This document shows, piece by piece, positions 12,411 through 24,499 of a DNA stretch of 64,000 nucleotides. Below the pieces are notes generated by a model. That model made no database searches. It was not told the DNA's origin and was given only the letters and a program-made list of their open reading frames with translations. This DNA comes from Lama guanicoe. Taxonomy: Eukaryota. Location: assembly GCA_013239625.1 (NCBI GenBank), contig MU054187.1:6707757-6771756 (forward strand). The letters run 5' to 3'. The first letter of the stretch is position 1; each line of letters begins with the position of its first letter. The position numbers and the translations under genes are program-made.

Positions 12411-13264
12411 AAGCAGGTAAATTCTTTCTCAAATCCTTGATATCACACGAGTAATCAAACCTCTTCCTGCTAACACTTCAGAAATAAGGGGGCAAAGGCA
12501 CTAGAAAAACGGTCCGACAAGTGCCAGGCCACTTCGGGTTTCCTCATCTCCAGGAATTTAATGATCCTAAAATTCATTCCTAAGAAGAAAAGACCTACAC
12601 ATTCTTCAGAAAGAGAGTGCTCAAGCACAAAGCCCAGGAGCTCCTGACGGACCCACACTGGGCCCTGGGTCAGATCAATTCCCCACTGATCTTGGCTGAC
12701 TGACACCCAGGTTGAATGCAGAAGGCCCCAGCACGAAGGAGGTGCAGGACCCCGCTCATCTGGTCCGACAGGCAGACCCCTCACGCAGCTCCTGACCGTG
12801 GGGAAGAGGCACAAGTGGCCAAAGGCGTGACCCGGGGGCACCATGGGTTTTAGAATTTCATAAGACAGGAATGAGAAAGTCATTTCCATTTGCATCAGGA
12901 TAAGAAAGGCAAAGTGAAGTATTAGCAACCCCTCTCTCTATCAGCCTCAGGATATGGCTCTGAATCCCTGTATGCTGTTCTCTGGAACCCCGCGTTGAGG
13001 AAACACTGCTCCAGCAGACGCCTCTGTCTGTCACTACTGATTCCCTACAAAAGGGAACCACCGAATCAGAACACGGATCCATCAGCTCCACCTGGGGAAT
13101 CTGTGATTGGTAGGAAGCTGAAAACACAACAGAAAGGGTAGTTGACACAACTATGCATCACAAAATATTCTGGGGACAGTCAAGAACCCTTCACTTAATA
13201 AATTCATAATAATGAAGCTGATAAAAAAAATAATAAAAAACAAGAATGAATGCAATTGTAAAAT

Positions 13265-13875
13265 TGCATAGTAAAGAATTAACTTTACCCAAAGAGAGGT
13301 TTGGCTTTTGCCCTTGCCTACGCGGAGGTCCCTGGAATGTTCTGCCTGATAGGAGCGATCCGTTTGCTTGGGGGCTTTGACCATCAGACAGTCTAGCAAT
13401 GTGATTTACGATGAGGCTTTGGGACCAGCTGTATGGCTGTACCAGTTAAGGCCAGCCACGCTTGCAGTATGTGATGGGGCCCCAATTAAAAACCTCTGGG
13501 TACCCAAGGCTCAGATGAGCTCCCCTAGTTGGCAATACTCCATATGTGCTGTCACATGCTGATGTCCCTGAGGACAAGGGGACCTTTGTGTTTGGAACCT
13601 TCCCACGTTGCCCTGCGTCTCTTCCTTTGCCTAATTCTAATTTGTATCCTTTCCCTGTAATAAAACCAATGGTGGGTAGAGCACTTTCCTGAGTTCCAAG
13701 TTATCCCAACAAATTAGCAAACCTGAGATTATTTGTGGGGACCTCCAAAATTGTGGCCAGCTGGCCTGAAGCGATAGCAGCCCTGGGGACCCCCAAACCT
13801 GTGGCGGTGTCTGAAGTGAGGGCGGTCTTGTGAGGACAGTTCCCTTGGATGGTTCAGTTTACCTGACTCCTTACA
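13265..13875 (+). mobile_element. Solo LTR, MER21-like (ERV)
   Basis: TG...CA ends with a near 5-bp TSD (aaaat/gaaat). Internal cccaaagagaggtttggc, aaggctcagatgagctcccctagttggcaatactcc, and polyA signal ctgtaataaa. Confidence 0.75.
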
Positions 13876-14944
13876 GAAATCATGACCAATTAAATGTATC
13901 GATGACTCGCTAACAGTGTCCTTCCCCCAGATTACAGGAACTGAATCCTTTCTTACATACGTGTCTCCAGTGGAAATTCCATAGCTTTGCCAAGAGCTAA
14001 ATAACCAACCTTTGTAGAATAATGAACCTCAGTTTTCAACAAACTTGGTAAGGTACGAATATTCATTTATAAATTCCAAAAATTCCCTGTCTAAAGCCAA
14101 AGGAGAGAGAGGTCCTGCAGGAGGATCCCTCGTAGAGACCAGGAGTGCCTGAGGACCAGCAGCGGCCTTGATGGCCCACCCTAAGCCGAGATGAGCAGGA
14201 CAGAGAACCCATCGGGGAGGGACAGCTGCAGAGAAAAAGCGGCAGCTACCAAGCATTCGGCACGCCTGGCAAGGTGTCAGCTTCCCAGGACCCGAAGAGG
14301 GCAGGAAGGGAGGACCAGGGTCTACAGCATCTTGCCGGTATCTCACTCAGTAGGGCTGACTGCCAGGCAAGGGGCCCCCAGGAGCAAGAAAGAGGGGAGT
14401 GTTCTATCAGGAGTGGACGTCCAGGAGGGTTGGAAGAAGTCATACGCTGTGGGGAGGTCCCACCAGGCCTTCCAAAGAATTCACACAGGAAGCATTTGGG
14501 TGCCTGTCACTTGTGGGCAACTGTGGTCAGCTGTCCTATCAACTGATAGGGACTGTGAGGGCACAGGCCCTTCCTTCTCCTCCTCTCCCTTCCCCAGCTC
14601 TCTTGACAAGCCAGAGCCCACAAGAGGCAGGGAGGGCACCACCCCTAAGCAGATCATGCGGAGGGGGCACAACACCACCTCTCCACTTCAGGGCCCCTGC
14701 CTTCCTGCCAGTAGGAGACAAAAAACTGTATCGAAAATGAGATCATATTTAAACCAGACAGACTTCTGGAAATAGAGGGTGACTGTGGTATAAAGGAATC
14801 TGTCCCAGAGACAGTCAAGAGCCTCTGCTACCCAGAGACTCATCTGGTCCAACTAACCACAAAGACTGGAGGAAAATGATGCTTCATATAACAGCCTGTT
14901 AAACAAAGACTGTGAAATAAAGCAGCTATAAAATGTGGTTGCGT

Positions 14945-15031
14945 ATGTTAGGCTGACCCATAAAAAACCACAAGCATTTGACTATTTTTGACCCATAAAA
15001 ATGATTATTTCATATGATTCAAGCAAACAAT
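14945..15031. mobile_element. MADE2-like mariner-derived MITE
   Basis: ~85-bp decayed inverted repeat: ttaggctgacccata...tttttgacccataaaaatgattatttcatatgattcaagc..aata. Confidence 0.55.
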
Positions 15032-15044
15032 ACATGAATATTTT

Positions 15045-16690
15045 CAAAATATTTTATTATGAAAATTTCTGTACACACAACACAGCTGAAAGAATTTTAT
15101 GTAGAATACTCATAGACGTATCACTTAGAGTCAATGATTAATGTTGTATTGTCTTGCTTATGGCATATCTATTCGTCCTTCTACATCAAGCCATTAATCC
15201 ATTTTTCATGTCTAATGCATTTCAAAATAACCTGCAGAATCGGCACACTTCTCCTAAGGACTTCAGCTTCTATACCATAAAATACAATTCAATATGTATC
15301 ATTTTTACATATAATTTACATAAGATGAAATGCCTAAATTTAAGTGTACATTCCCTGAGTTTTCACAAAAAAATACACTGCATATACAATGAAATATTAC
15401 TCAGCCATAAAAAAGCCATTTGCAGCAACATGGATGGACCTAGAGATTATCATATTAAGTGAAGTAAGTAAGATAGAGAAAGGCAAACATCATATGTCAC
15501 TTATATGTGGAATCTAAAAAAATGATACAAAACCAGAAAGACTCACAGACATAGAAAACAAACTGGTTGCCAAAGGGGAAAGGTGGGGGAGGAAGGGATA
15601 AATTAGGAGTTTGGGATTAACATATACATACTACTATGTATAAAATGGGTAACAAGAACCTACTGTACAGCACAGGGAACTATATTCATTATATTCAAAC
15701 TATATTCAGATACTATGTTACAGTATCTTGTAAGAACCTATAATAGAAAAGAATCTGAAAAAGAATATATATATATATATATATAAGCTCTCTCAGGCCC
15801 TCACCAGCCACATTCCAGACCAGCCGCAACCCCAGGGGCAGCCCCACTGTTCTGCCTTTTTTTCACTATAGGTTGGTTCTGCCTGTTCTTGAAATGCCAT
15901 AAAAATGGCCCCACACCGCAGGTGCTTGTTTGTGTAAGGCTTCCCTCCCTGAGCCTTACATTCCGGGGAGCCACGGAGGCTACGTACAGTGGTACCCCGT
16001 TCCTTCCTGCTGCTGGAAAGTGTTCCACTGGACCAATACACCAGGACATACCAGAGTGTATTCTCCTATTGGTAGAAGCCGGAATGTTTCCAATTTTGGA
16101 CTAGTACAAACAAAGCTGCTGGGAACATTCTTGTACAAGACTATTACTTGTGTATTAGGAACATATGCTTGCTTTTATCCCGGTTAAGTAACTCGGAGCG
16201 GAATGGCTGGGTTACAGGGCACAAGTTCACTCAGTGGTACAAGAAACTGCCAGACCTTTTACCGAAGTGGCTCCACCATTTCACACACCCACCAAGAATG
16301 TATAAGAGTCCTTTTGTTCTGCAATCTTGCCAGTATTTTTTGGTGTTGTCAGTCTTTTTAATTTTAGCCACTCTGACGAGCATGCAGTGGCATCTCACTG
16401 TGGTTTAATTCCCATTCCCCTGAAAGCCAGTGTTTCAGCACTTTTTTCATGTGCTTATTAACCACTGATGTATCTTTATGAACTGTTTATTCAAATCTTT
16501 TGCACACTTGCCTATTTTTTAATTGTTTTTTTTTAATTGAACTGTAGGAGTTCTTTGTATTTCCTGGACACGTCTCCTTTAATAGACACATGTGTTACAA
16601 AATGTTCTCCCAGGCTATGACTGTCCTACTCATTTTCGTAAGGTATCTTTTAATGGGTAAAAGTTTTTAATTTGGACGATGTCTAAGGGA
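15045..16690 (-). mobile_element. Old L1 (L1M) 3' region on the minus strand, interrupted by a younger L1 at 15381-15785
   Basis: Antisense L1 motifs: ttttattatgaaaattt, gaatggctgggttac, gtcagtctttttaattttagccactctg, catctcactgtggtttaatt, tgtaggagttctttgtat. Confidence 0.75.
15381..15785 (+). mobile_element. L1 3' end fragment (artiodactyl-type), ending in (TA)n
   Basis: tattactcagccataaaaa..gccatttgcagcaacatggatggacctagagattatcatattaagtgaagtaag...agggataaattaggagtttgggattaaca; closely similar to the copy at 58279-58906. Confidence 0.9.
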
Positions 16691-17279
16691 TTAATTATAT
16701 ATATATACACACACACATATGTATATGTATATGTATATGTATATATCACCAAACTGGAAAATGTTACTTAAACCTTGACAGGCTTCCCATGCTTTACACT
16801 CTGAAATGTGACACCTATTTCAGCCCTTTTTACACAATCGCTGGATCTGTGACACAACCGTCCACAGAAGTCAGTTACTGGCTCCAACACTGTGTGGGTG
16901 AAAAGAACAGCCATGAAACTCAAGTCCAGGAAGTCAGCTGAACGTCTGCTAGTGGTGGGTTATCACGGAGTAAAAGCAAGAGAATTCTGATAATCTTAAG
17001 GAAACCTGTGCTCTTCTCTGTGTGTTTCCCCCCAGCTTCCCGTGACTCACACATTTAAATTACCATAGTGCTGTAAAGGAAGACATCAAAAAGGTTCTCT
17101 TTACTGTGATTTTCACCCTATCCACCTTGTAAGATCGTTAGAAAGTCACAAAAAATCAACGTATGTGAGGAAGAGCATATTGTGAGACTTTGTGGGGGGA
17201 AATTTATTTTGATAAAATATCTTTTATTAAAAGATATTTAAAGGAGGCATCAAGAATTCAAAGGTGGGGGAGGCTGTTT

Positions 17280-17630
17280 ACAGGATATTATTGGAATAAG
17301 TTAGGAATATCTGAATATGGACTTTAACCAGGTAACGGTGCTGTAGGTTGTGCTAAGTTTCCTGAGTGTGATGATGACACTGTGGTTCTGCAGGAGCATA
17401 TCCCTGCTTCTAGGAAAACCATGTTGAAGAATTCAGGGGTAAAGTATCATGATTTAACTTGCAAATGGTCCAGGAGCAAAATGAATTAATTTATAAAATG
17501 GTGTACTTGTGTGGATAGAGAGACAATTAGAAAATGCAAAAGCATAAAGCAACTGGTGAATCTTTATGAATCTTTCTTATAACCGTCTCAAAGGTCTGGA
17601 TTTTTTCAAACTAAAAAGTTGGGGAAATAC
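17280..17630 (+). mobile_element. Ancient L1ME/MD-like 3' fragment
   Basis: gaatatctgaatatggact...aagtttcctgagtgtgatgat..cactgtggtt...aaactaaaaagttgggg. Confidence 0.55.
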
Positions 17631-20600
17631 AGATTTCCAAGTCCATTCCAGTCCTAAAGAATCATACTCAAGGGCTAAGAATCTGAAATGTTTAAAAGCT
17701 CCCAGGTAAAGTCATGATTGGATTCTGAATCAGTAAAAAAAATTGTGAAAGTGAAAAACACCAAGTTTCAAGGATGCTTCTAGAGACTCCTGGAGAAATC
17801 TGAATGGGGAGGGGAGTCAGATAACCATGTGTCAGTGCTACCCTTTCTTGGGTTTGAGAACCCTACTGTGGTTCCGCAGGAGAGGGTCCTTGTCTATAGG
17901 AGATGCTCAGGGAAGGAAGCAGTTATGCCAATTAAACTAGTTAAACTGCCATGATGACTAACAGCTCACCTTCCGAGAGGCCCCAGAGAGAGAGGAGGGA
18001 GAGAAAGGAAGGTCAACACACAAAGAGAGCAAACATGGCCAGCGGTCGGTAAACCCAGGCGAAGAGCACAGGATTCCTGCAGTGCACAAGTCTTTTTGCT
18101 GTTAAACAGGTTTAAGAGTTCCAAAAGAAAAGGCTGGGTAAATACAAAAATAAAAACAAAATTAAACCGATTTAAAAAGCAGTAAGAGCAGTCAAGGACC
18201 AAGCCCTAAACCCAGCCGCAATGAGCAGAACACCCGTTCCGCCCCTGGCCTCCCACAAGGGGACCCTGTCTCCACTCCACGTTCCTGCGTGTCAGTTCTG
18301 CCCACAGATCTCCTTGCGCTCATGGGGTATCTTCCACAGGATGCCCTGAGTTTCCCCTCCAATTCCCCTGGGAGCATAAATATAACGCATCTGCTGCCTC
18401 CCAGGGGTCTCCCCATCCGGGCCAGGGTCCCCAGGGTGTCCCCCCCTCCCCACAGGTTAACACACCCTCCCCCCAGGGCCTCATCCGGGAGGCGCTCCCC
18501 TCGAGCAGTCTCCACCATCGTCCCCCAACACACTGCCCCCCGCAACTGAGACAAAATTCCAGACGCCGCTGGACCAACCCAGAGGGGAACTGCACCTCCC
18601 TCACTCCAGTTTCGGATGACACCGACACTCAAGGAGACTCCTCATCAAATACATGGTGCAGGCAGTGTCCTCGAAGACTGCAAGCAATGAAAGAAACCAA
18701 ACCCAAACTAAAGGCAACACCAGGCCTTCTTGAAAATATACCTGCTTCAAGCCTGTCCGGCTTACCCTCAACAAGGAGTTCATTTTGCAAAAGTGTGCAA
18801 CCCAAAGCGCACCTTCCCGGCCAGGCACGGTGTCTCTTTCCCTCCCGGAACTAACTCTGCTTGCCTCTGTGCCACCTGCTACTTTAGGAGCATGAACTGG
18901 GCAGGGCTCTCTCAGAGTTGATGACATCAACCTGTTAAATCAGGGCTCTGTGGGCACAGTGCTAAGGTCAGCTGTGATTCAAACGCTGTCACAGGACAGA
19001 TGTTTCTCCATCTCAGGTACAGGGTGATTCTCAGGGATGGTGTTAAATACCTTGGTGAAGTCAGGAAAAATCAGAAGATTGTATCCCGACCACTTACTCT
19101 AGAAACCTTACCGAAATGCACAGGTTAGAAGATGCACTCGGTAAACCTGCAGTGTCTCCTACTGCTCATGGCTTTCATTTCTAAGCAAGAAAACACACTG
19201 TTTGATTCTAGAATCTGCCTAGGACTGTCAGGAGATGTCAGTTTAGCAGTGCCCTGAATCTACTTTTCTTTCCCTTAATAAAAACAGGCCGTTTGTCCCT
19301 CCACTGTCTTTGTCACCTCTTTTAATTTGCATGATTCCCCAAAGGGTAACTTCCCAGAAAACTTGAGCCGGGGCTGGTAGTTTGGAGAATCTTGAAAAGC
19401 CTCAGCTGGTTCTCACGTTAGTCTCCCTTCCCCTGCTCCCTGATCGTGCACACCTCACTCACTCAGCAAGTATTCCCTGCTCTGCGGGAACCTTCTGGGA
19501 TGGTGACCTGCCCAGAGGCTGGTGTTAGATTTGACTGGTGTCTCCCCTCCCCATGGAGCACAGGACCTGGAACAAAGTAAACCCTCATTAACGTCACTGG
19601 ACAATTTACATGATATTCCCACACAAAAAACAATGGAATTATAAAATGTTTTGGTGCCATCTAGACGGTAAAACAAATCTAACATACATGGAGTATTCTG
19701 AAAACATAACCAAACCACAGGGCAGCAGAGCACAGGCTGGTGCTGAGTGAGGGGCAGGAACGGCCGGGGCAGGTCCGGCTAGAACCCCACTGGCTTCAAG
19801 GACTCGGCCGCCCCACCCCACTGCCCAAGTCCATCCTTTCCTCCCAATCCTGCCCCAGTTCAAAACCAAAGTGATGGTCGATGTCACCATCTGCTCAGGT
19901 GCCCCCTAACTTTACTCTTACTGATTCCTTTTGCTCCGAATTCCCTCTGCCACCTCCCCCGGCTCCAGTTTCCCCAGACGCAGTCCCACTCTCCCGGGCT
20001 GAGGTCATCAGGAACAAAAGTCACCATGCAGCCCGCCTGCTGCCCTGGGCTCAGGCTGCAGCGCAGCAAATTGCTTCAAATACTGCTGTCTTGGCTCTGT
20101 TCCAGAATAACCACGCTAGTCCACTGCCAAAGGTCCTAGGAGTATGACCCCCCAAAATCTGACTGGCTGAAAAGGCTGAGGTCTCAAAGCTTTATGCAAG
20201 TTGCAGAGAAGCTCATTTTTCGGGCAGAAAGAACAGCTCTGTTTGACAGCTGCTGTCCTGACCAGGTGGGTTCTCTCTCCTGGCAGGGGTCAAATATTTG
20301 TAATATCATACTGGATAGGAGTCTTGCTCTAAATAGAACATTTCTGGTCAACATATAATTCAGATCAGCAAAACAACGTGCTTTCTGCTCTATAAGCTAA
20401 GAAAGACTTTAAAACACAAAGTAATCAAAATCACAGGATGGTAAATTTTAAAACCTTCCACGGTTTTCCCCAAGCACTTGAACAATTCACTCATTCAACA
20501 AATATTCTTGAAATCCCTACCCAGCACTACAGCCATGAACAAGAGAGCCCGCTTAGTACCCAGTCCAGCGGAAGGAAAACAAGTAAAAATAAAATAAAAA

Positions 20601-21526
20601 TTCACTTTAACAAGTATTGTATTACGGTAAAAGGGTCTATGATCAATGTGGATGAAAACAATCATTTGGAAAGAATCATTATTTTGAATTTTAAAGATAC
20701 AGCGTTTACAATCTCCTTGACAAACGTTAGCATTGTTCATAGTTTTTTTAAAATTTTTTCACTAAAATTGAAAAATCTTAGCCTTCAGTCCAGGAGGAAA
20801 TATTCATAATACTTATGAAAGAATTCTAAAAGACAAAAGCAAAAAATAAAGGGAACAGAAATTTAGCAGTATTTTAGTACTGATGTAAACACTTTCAGCC
20901 TATCTTCAGTCATATGTAAGAATAAAATGTGGGGAAATTCAAAATCTTGCCAAGTGAGCAGAGCTCTTCTAGTTTCACAACAGGCAGAACAAACAAATGC
21001 CTGCTTCTGCCCAACCTTCCTCCTGATCGGAATGAACAAACCCCACATGCCTCCCCTGGCGTAAGTACCACTCTGCCCAAACGACCAGCACGCTGCCTGA
21101 GCAGAACCCATTAAAGGACTTGATGAACTCAGACAATTCTCCACATCCTAGTAATTCTACTTCTTTAGCTCCAGCACTTTTAACATCAATAAACATCAAG
21201 AGGACTTTGTGATCTGTGTTATGGCCCGTAACATAAACCTAAAAAAAAAAAAGAACGGAAGAAAGAAACCCACCCATGCAACACATAATTTGGGGCACTT
21301 AAGACATTCAAGGCAGCACAGAAGTCACAGAAACACAGCTTCTGCCCTCGGTGCTCTTTTGGTTTATGAGAGGGAAGACTTTTACCTGTGTTTGTTCATT
21401 CTAATATTTACTGAGCACCTACTACAGCCAGTCATTTACTCACTGGAGATAAAAAGAAAACAAAAGATAGCACTTACCTACACCAAATATTAGGAGTGAC
21501 TCTCCCATCCCTCGCAAGTGCTCTGG

Positions 21527-21625
21527 ACCAGGGTGAGCAAACCGCAGCCCACTTACCGTTTTTGTATGAACCAGGAGCTAAGACTGGTTTTCACTTTTTA
21601 AATCAGTTGAAAAGAAATTGGAAGA
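21527..21625. mobile_element. MER58-like hAT-Charlie fragment
   Basis: ccagggtgagcaaac...gtttttgtatg..ccaggagctaagactggttttcactttttaaatcagttgaaaa. Confidence 0.6.
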
Positions 21626-22844
21626 AAAATGCAATAACCAGAGAAAATGACACGAGTAGTTGCCAGGGAGATCGTGTGGCCGCGATGCCGACCCCAGATC
21701 TGGACAATCGTGGCCAGACTGAGCCAATGGAAACCGATGAGCCGGGGGCCCTGCTCTAAGCGGAAGAGAAAAAGCCTCCTTGTTCTACTGGGCATGGACA
21801 GGGGAGTGTGTAGCCCCAACGGCCGCCAGACAGGAGAGGAACTAGCCCTAGGGTGACAGATGTTCACACCGAGACTGAGCGCGCCCCGAGGACGCCCTGA
21901 GCCACTGATCCTACCACACCTGGCATGATCATAACCATGTCTTTTAGAATGAAACCAATTCTTCATTCTTTACGGAAGTTTGAGTCTGGTGTCTGTTCCC
22001 AACACAGATGCTGCCCTGACCATCAAGCAAGAATGAAAGACAACAGATTGTCACAGCACAAACGTCTGTTTTGTTCACAACGGCATCACCATCACCACGT
22101 AAAATAACTGTAGTTACAAAATGCCTACTACGAGCCACTTCGTGGCCCGTCTTCGTAACTATGACGTACTTTCATCTTCATTTGAAAGACAGATGTTTAA
22201 AGACGCTTAGGGGAGTCTGATGAGTTACTAAAGGTCCAAAATGAGTGGCAGGGCTCATAGCTGGGTCCAGCTCTGTCTGACGTTCTGTTGTCTGTGATTG
22301 GGCCACACTTTCATCTGCTGAAGGAACCAGTCAATGAACGAGGATGCTGAGACAAGTGATACGTGGAGGGTGCCGCAGAAGCGCGTGCTCGGGGAGGAGG
22401 AAGTGGCTTCCAAAACCCAGTCTCCGGGAAGATGATGAAGGAAGAGCAGGGGAGAACTGATGGAGGAACAGCATCCTGCATGACACACGGAAGCCACACA
22501 GGAAAGGGGACGCGAGGAGCTGTCTCAGAAGAACCAGTTCATGCAAGTGCAGAGACTGCGGAGAGTGACTAGACGTGGTTTAAACAGTATAAATATAAAG
22601 GGAGTGAGGCCGAGAATGGCTAGAGCTGATGAGAAGGGCAGGACCATGAAGTGCCTCCTAGGTGAAGCCAGGGAACCTCAACTACATCTCGAGTACCTGG
22701 GGAACCACTCAAGCGTTTCAAAGAAGGAAGGGACATGATCTAATCTCCACTTTACAAAGATGACCGTGACAGATGGATGCAAGAGGACCAGTTATGAATA
22801 ATCTAAGCAACAATGAATGAGGATCTAAAATGTTCAACTAAAGT

Positions 22845-23030
22845 AGCTCTGGAGTCAGAATTGGGATCTACACTCTTGCCCTGACTTTCCTGAGCTCCAT
22901 GATCCTTGACAAACTAATCTAAGCTTCCACCTCTTCACCTACAGAAACAGAATTTAGAGGATTACTGCGAGACTTCAATGCTCAAGTATTAAGAAGTACA
23001 CAGCATCTGATACAAGGTTAACAGTCAGGA
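22845..23030 (+). mobile_element. MIR SINE (degenerate)
   Basis: gctctggagtcaga...gatccttgacaaact...cttcacctacagaaac. Confidence 0.55.
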
Positions 23031-24499
23031 ACCGGTGCGGTGTTTTCCCTTGGTCACTGTGGTTATTAAGTTATTAAGTTATTAACAGCACGGGGTTAGA
23101 ACAGGGCCAAGCAAAGACCCCTGGGGAAGTCTGTCCTTTAGAGAGCAGATAAAGGATTAGTCTCTGTTGGTTCCAGAACGATCTGAAGAGAAGACAAGAA
23201 GCCTCACTACCCACTCTTAATGTCTGGCTGGGTACAGGAGGCACAGCACAAGATGTTTGTCTCCTGTTTCATTTTTTATTTAAGGAGAAAGACTGAAGAA
23301 GTGGGTACAGGCTGTGGGAGGCGGTGGAGGAGAGCTCTCGAGGGGAAGCGAGGAGATGCTTCAGGTCTCTGGGAAAGTGGTGACCACTCAGGGTCCCCAG
23401 AGAGACGCAGGATTCCAACCCAGCCTTGGCTTCCCTCTTAGGTGGGTGGGGGCCAAAGGTCCGGAATCGCTGTGACTGCCAAGATTCCAAGTTCTAACTG
23501 TGATGCTGGCTCACCTCCCCTCACCCACCACTCCACTGGGCCTCCTCCTCGGCCTGAAGAAAGAAAAGGCGCTTTACTGAACATTCAAGACCTACGTCAG
23601 CTGTTGGGTACTTTCACGCCCCAATCAGAGCAATGTTTCACTGAGATTCTCAACTGTACTGACTTTTGCAGCCATCATAGGTCCTAGACCCTGTCTCCCC
23701 ACTAGGCGGGGCAATCAGTCTCATGTCAGTTGCCTCCAAATGTCATGCAACTCAGAGGCCAATCCCACCCATCACTGAAAGGATGAGCACTCGTAAGGAT
23801 GTCCTCTGGTTTTCCTGAGCAATGGGAGGAAGCTGTCTGCTAAAACTGGATGGAAAGGAGGAAGGGTCCAAGCTCAAGAAGTTGAAGGTTTAAATAGCTG
23901 GTGCTGAAAACCTGGCAAACACCAACTAAGAAAGCCTGGGGAGCCTGCCAGGCACTGCTGAGGGGCCAGTGGTGGGGAAGGTCTTGAATGCATGTAATTT
24001 ATTCCAAGTCACTACTTAAGCTGGTGAACGGTGCTCTTGTCTTAAACCCATTCTATCCTAATTCGTCATCTTAAATGTCTCACCGATCACAAGAGGATTC
24101 TAAAAACCGTCCTGGGGACTTAATAACATAAATACTGCACTACCTCTAGAAGAAAATACAAAATAAATACAAGTTGCTTATGAACTTTGCATCTTTACAT
24201 ACTTGAATTTGACCTTAAAAAGTCCTACTTTACATAACCTTATAGAGCAAAAGGGTAATTAGTTTAGCCCATAAATCTACCAGGGCCTTCGTATGAGCCA
24301 CAGAGCCCATGGGTGACTGGATCTCCATCTGTGTCAGGCCCCCCAGGGCTCCCAGTGTGTTTACTGATTAAGAATGAAACAGACTGAGTAGCTAAAGCCC
24401 ATAAAATAATCATTATGTTTTATTCATGAAGAGAGTTAAGTTCAGTTTTGAACAACATAATGGACCCAGTGCCAGGGAAATACAATTTCAAACTACAGA

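Noticed and set aside
14029..14775. Cluster of ORFs up to 194 aa in a GC-rich intronic stretch
   Set aside because: No recognisable protein similarity and no supported exon structure; consistent with chance ORFs.
22111..22161. Small inverted repeat (tagttac...gccac ttc gtggc...gtaacta)
   Set aside because: Short, interrupted stems of a kind expected by chance in 64 kb; no RNA family recognised.
23062..23085. (GTTATTAA)x3 direct repeat
   Set aside because: Simple slippage repeat with no spacers; not CRISPR-like, and the DNA is mammalian.
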